From assembly GCA_965227295.1 (NCBI GenBank), contig OZ245742.1, forward strand, positions 1,504,001 to 1,568,000: a DNA stretch of 64,000 nucleotides, given 5' to 3'. The notes under the pieces are model-generated. The model searched no databases. It saw only the letters and a list, made by a program, of their open reading frames with translations, and was not told the origin of the DNA. This DNA comes from Leptonemataceae bacterium (lineage in GTDB: Bacteria; Spirochaetota; Leptospiria; Leptospirales; Leptonemataceae). Both the position numbers and the translations under genes were made by a program. Of this stretch, positions 56,303-64,000 are shown piece by piece (within the stretch, counting starts at the first letter, position 1; the number at the start of each line of letters is the position of its first letter).

Positions 56303-57838
56303 ATGAAAGATCCGATTCTCGAAATTTTTCCGGACCAATTGCCGGGCCCGGATCTTCGTGAGGAAGCCGGGAGCGCGCTCTATCGTTCCCTCTATGATCG
56401 CATTCGTCAGGCCATTCTCGAGGGGCGGCCGGGATTCGAGCCGGGCCGGCGTCTGCCGCCGTCCCGCAGTCTCGCCTCGTCCCTGGGCATTTCCCGAAAC
56501 ACCGTCGTCAGCGCCTACGAGCAATTGCTCGCCGAGGGTTACATCGAGGGTCGCACCGGGGCCGGCACTTTCGTCGCCGATCTTCCCCGCCGTGACTCGA
56601 TCCAGCGTGGCGGACGGAATCTACCGGGTCCGGGTCTTTCGGAGCGCGGCAAAATTCTCGCGCGCATCCCGGTCTCACGGCGCAAGCCGCTGCGCGATGT
56701 CCCCGCCGCCGTTCCCTTTCAACCCGGTGTTCCCGATCTCGCCGCCTTTCCCTTCGCGGAGATGTCTCGCATTGCCGCGCGCTGCCTGCGTTCGGGCGGA
56801 GTCCGGGAGTTCGGCTACGGCGCCGTCGGCGGCCTCCTGGATCTGCGGCGAGCGATTGCCGTGAATCTGCGTTTGAGCCGCGGCGTGATTGCGGAGCCGG
56901 AGCGCATCCTGATTGTGAACGGATCCCAGGAAGCCCTGTATCTGTGCGCGCGATTGTTGAGTGATCCCGGCGATCGTTTTTACGTCGAGGACCCCGGCTA
57001 TCCCGGCGCGCGGGGGGCCTTCGCCGCCGCGGGCGCAAACATCACGCCCGTGCCCGTCGATCGTGAGGGCCTGGATGTTGCTGAGTTACGGCGAGTGTAT
57101 GTTAAGCAGAATGCCGGGCGGCGCTGTCTCGTGTACTGCACGCCGTCGCATCAATTTCCGCTGGGCGTGCCGCTCAGTTTACGCCGGCGCCTGGAGCTGT
57201 TGCAGTTCGCCGCGGAAGCGAACGCCTTTATTCTGGAGGATGACTACGACAGCGAGTTTCGGTACAGCGGTCGTCCGTTGACGGCCCTTTCCGGATTGAG
57301 TGATGTGCCGGGTACGTCGGAACGCACGATCTACATCGGCACGTTTTCGAAGATCATGGCTCCGGGACTGCGCCTGGGCTATCTCGTGATACCGGAGCCG
57401 CTGGTGGATGCGTTCCTGGCGGCCCGGGCGCTGATCGATCGCCAGCCGCCGGCACTCAATCAAATGATCGTCGCGCGATTCATGCAGGACGGCGGCTATC
57501 ACCGGCACGTGCGTCGTATGCGCGAGCTCTACGGCGAACGTCGCGCGATCCTGTTGGACGCGCTCCGCGAAAAGCTCGCCGGTCGCCTGGAACCGTTGAT
57601 TGGTGTGGCGGGGGACACGGGGCTACACGTGGCGGCCACGCTGAGCGGGGAATTACAAGGTACAGATGATCAGAAGTTAGCGGATAACCTCGTGAAGCGG
57701 GGCCTGAACATTCCGCCGTTGTCCGGATTCCTGGTGAGGCCGCGCAAAGACGCGCCCCGTGGTTTTATGATGGGTTATGCGCCGTTCGAAGCGGCCGCGA
57801 TTCGGGCGGGCGTGGAACAAATGGCCGTGGTGCTGTAG
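56303..57838 (+). CDS. MocR/GabR-family GntR-aminotransferase regulator
   Basis: wHTH LPPSRSLA..LGISRNTV; EDDYDSEFRY and GTFSK. Confidence 0.9.
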   Translation: MKDPILEIFPDQLPGPDLREEAGSALYRSLYDRIRQAILEGRPGFEPGRRLPPSRSLASSLGISRNTVVSAYEQLLAEGYIEGRTGAGTFVADLPRRDSIQRGGRNLPGPGLSERGKILARIPVSRRKPLRDVPAAVPFQPGVPDLAAFPFAEMSRIAARCLRSGGVREFGYGAVGGLLDLRRAIAVNLRLSRGVIAEPERILIVNGSQEALYLCARLLSDPGDRFYVEDPGYPGARGAFAAAGANITPVPVDREGLDVAELRRVYVKQNAGRRCLVYCTPSHQFPLGVPLSLRRRLELLQFAAEANAFILEDDYDSEFRYSGRPLTALSGLSDVPGTSERTIYIGTFSKIMAPGLRLGYLVIPEPLVDAFLAARALIDRQPPALNQMIVARFMQDGGYHRHVRRMRELYGERRAILLDALREKLAGRLEPLIGVAGDTGLHVAATLSGELQGTDDQKLADNLVKRGLNIPPLSGFLVRPRKDAPRGFMMGYAPFEAAAIRAGVEQMAVVL

Positions 57839-57881
57839 ATCCGGGCGAACGACGCGGCCGCGTGTGCAAGTACGCGGATAC

Positions 57882-57918
57882 AAAAAGGCCCCGCCCGGTG
57901 TACCGCAGCGAGGCCTTT
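57882..57918. terminator. Probable bidirectional intrinsic terminator
   Basis: aaaggcc...ggccttt hairpin between the convergent MocR and sodB genes, with a U-tract on the minus strand. Confidence 0.65.
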
Positions 57919-57932
57919 CGTGTAATCCAGGA

Positions 57933-58526
57933 TCAGCCGAGATTCTTATTCGCGAAGTCCCAGTTCACCAGGTTGTCCAGAAAGGTATCGATGTACTTGG
58001 GACGCAGGTTCTGGTAGTCCAGGTAGTAGGCGTGTTCCCAGACATCGATGGTCAGCAGGGCTTTCTTTCCCTGGGTCATGGGCAGTTCGGCGTTCAGGGT
58101 TTTCATGACCGCCAGCTTGCCGCCGTCTTCCACGAGCCAGGCCCAACCGCTGCCGAACTGCGTGGCGGCTGCATCGGCGAACGCTTTCTTGAAGTCGTCG
58201 TAGCTGCCGAAGTCCGCTTTGATTTTGTCCGCGATGGCGCCGGTGGGTGCTCCGCCGCCGCCCGGCTTCATGCTGTTCCAGTAGAACGTGTGGTTCCAGA
58301 TCTGCGCGGCGTTGTTGAAGACGCCCGCCTTCGAAGAATCTTTCGCGGTTTCCTGGATGATCTTCTCTAACGATTCGTTGGCGAGGGGCGTGCCTTCGAT
58401 GGCAGCGTTCAGTTTGGTGACGTAACCGGCGTGGTGTTTGCCGTAGTGATATTCGAGCGTTTGCTCGGAAATATGAGGTGCTAATGCGTTTTTTGCGTAG
58501 GGTAAGTCGGGTAAGGTAATTGCCAT
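57933..58526 (-). CDS. sodB: Fe superoxide dismutase
   Basis: HYGKHH, AAQIWNH (Fe-type), FGSGWAWL and DVWEHAYY. Confidence 0.92.
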   Translation of the reverse strand: MAITLPDLPYAKNALAPHISEQTLEYHYGKHHAGYVTKLNAAIEGTPLANESLEKIIQETAKDSSKAGVFNNAAQIWNHTFYWNSMKPGGGGAPTGAIADKIKADFGSYDDFKKAFADAAATQFGSGWAWLVEDGGKLAVMKTLNAELPMTQGKKALLTIDVWEHAYYLDYQNLRPKYIDTFLDNLVNWDFANKNLG

Positions 58527-58598
58527 GTGAGAGTTTTCCTCCGTTCTCTACATCAAAAGAAAGCGGCGAAACGACTCTCGGTCAACCCAAAATTAGAA

Positions 58599-59534
58599 TC
58601 ATTCCGACGCCTTCGCTTCTTCCTCACCGCCGGCTGTGTTTGTGTCTGCGCCTTCTTCCGCCGAGACGCCGTCACCGATAGGCGTCGGTGAACCGGCCAC
58701 CATGGATGCGCCGGCAATGCGTTCCAGATCGAGCTGACGGAGGCGTTCGTGCATGGCGGCGAGAATGCTCGTGGAAATGTCCTGCATGATGTCGCCGATC
58801 ACCCGGCGTTCGAGGATCTCGGCCACCACCAGGCCCACGTCCGCCGTCAGCCGGTCCGCGAATCCACCCATCAGCGGCACGCGGCGCAGTTCACCGATCA
58901 TGGACTTGTTCGTGAGACTTTCCGAAACCGAGGCGCGCAGATCTTCCTTGTGGCGGTCCATGGTGTCCCGGGCGAGTTTTTCGTAATCGAGACTGAGCAT
59001 CACTTCTTCGACGCGTTCCAGGGAACGAGCAAAGACCGCGTCCGAAATCGAATCCACGATGACGTCGCGAAAACGAAACGTGAAGTCTTTCGTCAGCAGC
59101 GTGGAGGTATCCTGGTCCGCCCGGCCGAGTTTGTAGTACGCGATAGCCAGCTTTACGGCCCGCAACAACAGAAAGAAACGCAGCGAAGACAGCGGCACCG
59201 GCACCATGCCGATCAATTCGTACCAGTGCGTGGTAACGTAGACCCAACGATCTTCCTCACGCCGCAATCGCCGCAGGTAAAACGCCGCCCAGATGGCGAC
59301 GACGATAAAATCAAAGGCGAGGATGGAACCGGAGACCGATACCGGCAAGAAAGCAAGCAACGGTTCACTGAAGATGATGACCGAACAGTCGAGGACCGCC
59401 AGGGTAAGCAGAAAGTAATCGCGCTTCGTTCCGGGAATGACCGAAAGCCAGTAGCGGATCTGCTCACGCAGAGTCTTTTTGGGTTCCGGTGTTTCTGCGT
59501 CCGGAGATTCGATGTGATCGGAGGAATCCGTCAT
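58599..59534 (-). CDS. Ion-transporter-like membrane protein
   Basis: N-terminal TMs with WYELIGMVP and an LRFFLLLRAVK S4-like segment. Confidence 0.5.
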   Translation of the reverse strand: MTDSSDHIESPDAETPEPKKTLREQIRYWLSVIPGTKRDYFLLTLAVLDCSVIIFSEPLLAFLPVSVSGSILAFDFIVVAIWAAFYLRRLRREEDRWVYVTTHWYELIGMVPVPLSSLRFFLLLRAVKLAIAYYKLGRADQDTSTLLTKDFTFRFRDVIVDSISDAVFARSLERVEEVMLSLDYEKLARDTMDRHKEDLRASVSESLTNKSMIGELRRVPLMGGFADRLTADVGLVVAEILERRVIGDIMQDISTSILAAMHERLRQLDLERIAGASMVAGSPTPIGDGVSAEEGADTNTAGGEEEAKASE

Positions 59535-59860
59535 TCATCCGTGTCGTTATCGCGCGCATCATCGGCGGCAGAACGGGCGGCCATCCAGTTATAGAGAAAG
59601 CTGAAGGTCCAGGAGAAGATGAGCGAGTCCATGATGGTATAGAAGAGATCCAGGAGGACGCCGTAGATGTGTTCGTTGAACGTGAGCCCTTCTAAGGATG
59701 CGCGGAAGGGATGGGGATGTACCGAGTTGAACGCGTCCATGAACTCCTGGCCGAAACTGGAATTGGGAACGCGCGTCCAGATCGTGACGATCAAAATGAG
59801 GACGGCGAAGAATACCGTCAGCGCGACGGCAAAGGCCCGGGGATCGATTCTCTGGTTCAT
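59531..59860 (-). CDS. Hypothetical small membrane protein
   Basis: Two hydrophobic segments; overlaps and abuts neighbours in the same direction. Confidence 0.55.
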   Translation of the reverse strand: MNQRIDPRAFAVALTVFFAVLILIVTIWTRVPNSSFGQEFMDAFNSVHPHPFRASLEGLTFNEHIYGVLLDLFYTIMDSLIFSWTFSFLYNWMAARSAADDARDNDTDE

Positions 59861-59863
59861 GCT

Positions 59864-60673
59864 TTATCCGAATGAGGCGGTTTCGAGCGGCTCGTTGTTG
59901 ATTCTTGCGGACAGGCGCTCCCGGATTACGGCCGCGCGTTTCGCATGGCTTTGCTGCCGTACGGACGGCATGCTCGCCAGGTACTCGTAGAGTTCCAGCT
60001 CGAAGCGCAGGTTAATGGCCACGATTTCCGCGGCCCGGCCGCGCAGCGCTTGCGATGCGATCACCATGTGCCGCGTGTTGATGGTATCCGGGGCGACGGT
60101 ACTCACGATCGTTTCGGCGATGCCGCCGTGGATGGCGCCACCCACGGAAGTCCGCAAATCCAACTGCTCTCGCGATCTTGCCACGATGAGGGCACAGGCG
60201 TCCAGCACTTCCGGATCGTCCGCGTGGCGTTCCATGGAATTGGAGAGATCCGACCGCGCCGCGGTGACCTGGTCCAGCTCCCGGGCTGCCGGGGAGCCCA
60301 GGATGGCGTTCATGTTCTGAAGGCCGGTGATGGTTTCGAGATTGATGCCTTTCTCCAGGCGATCGTAAACGGCCGGTCCCAGGACGGCCCGGAGAGAATC
60401 GATGAAGTTCCGCAGGGCGTAGGGGGACTCGATCATCGGGGCGATGAGGCCGTCCACACCGGCCCGGGCCAGCTCGCGCATGTCGTTGCGGGCTTCCGGC
60501 CCGCCGATTTTTACGAACAGCGGGACAATGCGATCCGACAGCGCCCGCAGGAGGCGGATTTCCTCGAACGACATGTCCTCGACCTCGGTGCCGGTCTTCA
60601 GGGCCGTGAGACCCCCGGCATCCCGGAGTTCCTTGAGTCGGTCCCGGAGCTGGTGAAAAGAAGGCGTATGCAT
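59864..60673 (-). CDS. HpcH/HpaI aldolase/citrate lyase family protein
   Basis: VKIGGPEARND, IAPMIES and INLET. Confidence 0.7.
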   Translation of the reverse strand: MHTPSFHQLRDRLKELRDAGGLTALKTGTEVEDMSFEEIRLLRALSDRIVPLFVKIGGPEARNDMRELARAGVDGLIAPMIESPYALRNFIDSLRAVLGPAVYDRLEKGINLETITGLQNMNAILGSPAARELDQVTAARSDLSNSMERHADDPEVLDACALIVARSREQLDLRTSVGGAIHGGIAETIVSTVAPDTINTRHMVIASQALRGRAAEIVAINLRFELELYEYLASMPSVRQQSHAKRAAVIRERLSARINNEPLETASFG

Positions 60674-60816
60674 GGTCGGTTTCCCCTCTCCGAGTATCGG
60701 ATTTCCGGGTCCTGCGATAAGTAATTTATGGGACTTTTGCGTACTGGTGTACAGCGAAAATCGGCGGAAACCGGAAATTTATGGCGTAAATCGGACTCTG
60801 CGGAAAGCTCCGCATT

Positions 60817-61590
60817 ATGGCGGAAATCCTCATAGAAAAGAAGGCCGGGTACGCGATCCTCACCATTGATCGCCCGAAGGCCCTGAACGCGCTGAACGTG
60901 GACGTGCTCAAGGAATTAAAGAGCGCGGTAAAAGATCTGAGCAATGCCGGCGACATAAGAGCCGTGATTGTCACCGGTTCCGGCGAAAAGGCCTTCGTCG
61001 CGGGGGCGGACATCGCCGCCATGAAGGACCTGTCCTCCTCCGAGGCTCAGGAATTTGCCGATGTCGGCCACAGTGCCATGAATGCCCTCGCAGACAGCGG
61101 CATGATCAGCATTGCCGCGATTAACGGCTTTGCCCTGGGCGGCGGCCTGGAACTGGCTCTGGCCTGCGATCTCCGGCTCGCCTCGGCCAATGCTAAGATG
61201 GGCCTCCCGGAGGTTACCCTCGGTCTCATCCCCGGTTTCGGCGGGACGCAGCGTCTTCCCCGGGTGGTCGGGAAGGGTCTGGCGCTGGAGCTGATCCTCA
61301 CCGGCGACATGATCGATGCGCAGCGTGCCGCGGACATCGGCCTCGTGAACCATCTCTACGCCGATCCGGCGGAACTGCGCACGGCCGCCGAGGAACTGGC
61401 GCAGAAGATCATCACCGGGCGTTCTTCTACGGCGCAGAGCGCTGCCAAAGCCGTCGTGGCCCAGGGCCTCGACGTCGCCCTGATTGCCGGCCTCCAGAAG
61501 GAAATCAGCGAATTTGCGGAGCTTTTTTCCGGCGCCGATTCGAAAGAAGGGATGTCTGCTTTCCTTGAAAAAAGGAAGCCCTCGTTTTAA
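60817..61590 (+). CDS. Enoyl-CoA hydratase/crotonase
   Basis: AFVAGADI, ALGGGLELALACD and PGFGGTQRL. Confidence 0.9.
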   Translation: MAEILIEKKAGYAILTIDRPKALNALNVDVLKELKSAVKDLSNAGDIRAVIVTGSGEKAFVAGADIAAMKDLSSSEAQEFADVGHSAMNALADSGMISIAAINGFALGGGLELALACDLRLASANAKMGLPEVTLGLIPGFGGTQRLPRVVGKGLALELILTGDMIDAQRAADIGLVNHLYADPAELRTAAEELAQKIITGRSSTAQSAAKAVVAQGLDVALIAGLQKEISEFAELFSGADSKEGMSAFLEKRKPSF

Positions 61591-61608
61591 CTAAGCCTCA
61601 GGGACTAT

Positions 61609-64000
61609 ATGTCGCTCCGAGGAAAGACATCCCTGCATCCGTTTCTCGAAGAACAGCTACGTGAGTTGGTCGGAGACGGCGAATCGCTTCCCGACGAAGT
61701 GCAGGAGCTCCTATCCCGGATCGATGATTATGTCCACCAGCTTGAAGAGAAGAATCGGCGCCTGGAAGCCCCGCTCCCCGAGGACGAAAAGGCCCTCCGG
61801 GAAAAAGAAGAACTCTACCGGGCCCTCGTAGAACACTCCCCGGACGCCATCGCCATCTATCAGGACGGGATCGTTCGTTACGTCAACCCTGCTGCCGCGC
61901 GCATGGCCGGGGTCCCCGCTCCCGCGGACCTGCTCGGCAAGTCCATCTTCGATTTCGTGCACGAAGACGTGCGCCAGACCATCGAAGAAGATATTCGCCG
62001 ATTGAAGCACGATCATCGCATTCCCCTGCACCAGACCAAACTGAAGCGCGCCAACGGCGAGGCCGTGGACGTGGAGCTCACCGCGACGCCGTTTACCTAC
62101 GAAGGCCAGCCGGCCACGCTCGCCATCTGGCGCGACGTAACCGATTACAAATCCGTCCACTCGATGCTGAGTCGCATCGTTACCGGGATTTCGTCGCACA
62201 TCGGCAACGAGTTCTACTCGCACTTCGTGGCGAGCCTCGCGAAGACCCTGGGCGTCGACATTGCCTACGTCGCCGAGATGTCCCCGGACGTCGCCGACGA
62301 GTACCAAACCTGCGCGTTCTTCGCCGACGGGCAGCTCCGCAATAACTTTCATTATCGTCGCTCGGGTACACCGTGCGAAACGGTGGTGGGCCAGCAGACC
62401 CGCACCTTTCCCCAGGGCGTCTACAAAGAGTTTCCGAACGATCGCTTTATTTCCGCGGAGCGCATCGAGGGTTACATCGGCGTGCCGCTCTACGATCGCG
62501 AACGGCGCCCCCTGGGTCTGCTGGCGGTTATGAACCGTACTCCCATCCGCAATCCGGAAATTCTCGAATCGATTATGAAGATTTTCGCCGAGCGTGCGTC
62601 GGCGGAGATGGAACGTGTGCGGGTGCTGCAGCGCTTAATGCAAAATGAGCGTCACTTTAGAAAGTTGATGGATCAGGCGGCGGACGGCATCGTCGTGGCC
62701 GGCCCGGAAGGCGATCTCACCTACGCCAACGAGCGGGCCGTGGAACTCCTGGGCTTCCGGCGCTCCGAAATTCTCGGTCGCAAGTTCCGCGACTTCTTGC
62801 CGGAAGAAGAGGTCCACCTGCTCGCGAAGGACATGAAGCACATTCGCCGGGGTATGGTGCTGAACATCCAGCGTACGCTGATCCGCAAAGACGGCCATGA
62901 GATCAAGGGCGACATCAGCGCCATCGTCATGGACGACGGCTCGATCCAGGTCATCATCCGGGACATGACCGAGCGCTATCGCGTGGAAGAGGAACGCAAG
63001 TCGTACCTCGAAACCATCGCCATGCTGGAAGAGGTGGCCATTGAGCTGGACCGGAACTTCCGCATCGTCCGCGTGAGTGAATCCTGGGAAAAGCTCTTTC
63101 ACGATCAGAGCGGGGAGTCGCCGCTGGGCCGCGCCGTCGAGAACTGGTTTCATCCGGACTACCAGTACTACCTCAAGATGAACCTGGAAAGCGTGCTCGA
63201 GGGCAAGAAGAAGAACGTGGTCGTCCACGTTCCGGTGCCGCTCACGAACGGCACGAACATGTGGCTGGAAGGCAAGTTCATCGGCGTGAAGTTGGGCGGC
63301 GAAGACATTGCCGGTCTGCGCGGCGTCCTGCGCGATGTCACCCTGGATCATCTCACCGACCGCCAGATCACCTTCTACGCCTACTACGACAACCTTACCG
63401 GCCTGCCCAACCGCATCCGCATGGAAGAGAACCTCAACCGTGCGTTGAACCGCGCCGAGCATACGAGCGGGCAGTTGGCCATCGGCTTCATTGACCTCGA
63501 CAACTTCGACGAAATCAACAACTACATGGGGCACCGCGTCGGCGACCTGGTGCTGCTCTACGTCACCGAACGTTTGCGTGACGCCCTGGGTACCGGAGAG
63601 AATCTGTATCGTTGGGGCGGCGATAAGTTCGTCGTGCTGTTGACGGACATCCAGGACGTGCAGGCCGTAAGGCAGATCGGGCGCAAGTTAATGGATATCT
63701 GTCGTACGCCGCTGGAGATCGAGTCGGATCTGATCCACATCAGCTACAGCGTCGGTTTCGCCGTGTATCCGGACGACGGCCTCACTTCCGACATCCTTAT
63801 GGGGCAGGCGGACCGTGCACTGGGTTATGCGAAGTCTCAGGGCCGTTTCAATTTTCAACTGTCCGGCGACGTGCCGCGGCGAGGCATCTATCGGGACCAA
63901 ATCTCCATTCGCAATAAGTTAGCGATGGCCATCGCCCGCAGGGAGATCAAGGCCTACTTCCAGCCCAAGGTTACGGCCAAAGACCACCGCATCATCGGTT
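61609..64000 (+). CDS. PAS-GAF-PAS-PAS-GGDEF-EAL signalling protein, 3' partial (absent from the ORF track)
   Basis: Open frame from ATG 61609; PAS (YRALVEHSPDAI), GAF (GTPCETV), DNLTGLPNR, RWGGDKF and the EAL-domain start AYFQPKV. Confidence 0.85.
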   Translation, partial: MSLRGKTSLHPFLEEQLRELVGDGESLPDEVQELLSRIDDYVHQLEEKNRRLEAPLPEDEKALREKEELYRALVEHSPDAIAIYQDGIVRYVNPAAARMAGVPAPADLLGKSIFDFVHEDVRQTIEEDIRRLKHDHRIPLHQTKLKRANGEAVDVELTATPFTYEGQPATLAIWRDVTDYKSVHSMLSRIVTGISSHIGNEFYSHFVASLAKTLGVDIAYVAEMSPDVADEYQTCAFFADGQLRNNFHYRRSGTPCETVVGQQTRTFPQGVYKEFPNDRFISAERIEGYIGVPLYDRERRPLGLLAVMNRTPIRNPEILESIMKIFAERASAEMERVRVLQRLMQNERHFRKLMDQAADGIVVAGPEGDLTYANERAVELLGFRRSEILGRKFRDFLPEEEVHLLAKDMKHIRRGMVLNIQRTLIRKDGHEIKGDISAIVMDDGSIQVIIRDMTERYRVEEERKSYLETIAMLEEVAIELDRNFRIVRVSESWEKLFHDQSGESPLGRAVENWFHPDYQYYLKMNLESVLEGKKKNVVVHVPVPLTNGTNMWLEGKFIGVKLGGEDIAGLRGVLRDVTLDHLTDRQITFYAYYDNLTGLPNRIRMEENLNRALNRAEHTSGQLAIGFIDLDNFDEINNYMGHRVGDLVLLYVTERLRDALGTGENLYRWGGDKFVVLLTDIQDVQAVRQIGRKLMDICRTPLEIESDLIHISYSVGFAVYPDDGLTSDILMGQADRALGYAKSQGRFNFQLSGDVPRRGIYRDQISIRNKLAMAIARREIKAYFQPKVTAKDHRIIG

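Noticed and set aside
521-63534. Many long antisense or alternate-frame ORFs (e.g. 15802-17550, 36585-37577, 55339-56304, 62635-63534)
   Set aside because: They are shadows of real genes in GC-rich DNA, with no motifs.
1-64000. Apparent scarcity of CTAG
   Set aside because: Not counted, and a common bacterial bias.

Overview
A GC-rich bacterial chromosomal window. Positions 1 to ~48.7 kb form one long, tightly packed, + strand surface-polysaccharide (O-antigen/LPS-like) locus of about 43 genes; it begins before the window and its gene content recalls Leptospirales rfb loci (inference only). It encodes two different NeuB-type nonulosonate synthase fusions, a CMP-synthetase with a Gfo/Idh/MocA + SDR pair, and a GDP-heptose-type module (HddA/HddC, 4,6-dehydratase, ColD-like 3-dehydratase, atypical SDRs) interleaved with an orphan TPP E1 alpha/beta pair and a B12 radical SAM enzyme. 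It also has UDP-uronate genes with an AsnB amidotransferase, rmlBA, a TylF methyltransferase, Wzm/Wzt split by a GT-C-like membrane gene, and more than 10 glycosyltransferases. The rest is housekeeping/regulatory: mtnA, tRNA-Arg(CCT), prfA, TetR/VOC, MocR/PNPOx, sodB, enoyl-CoA hydratase and a PAS-GAF-GGDEF-EAL gene running off the end. The main unexplained features are non-coding: (i) a conserved ~130-nt element present twice (23376-23504, 41382-41511) just upstream of start codons inside the locus, and (ii) a family of ~120-nt multi-hairpin elements with GNA triloops (4 copies, 2 subtypes). Between them they occupy every large intergenic gap of the locus. No CRISPR array, integrase or transposase was seen. 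All assignments are from reading motifs by eye; no database searches were run.
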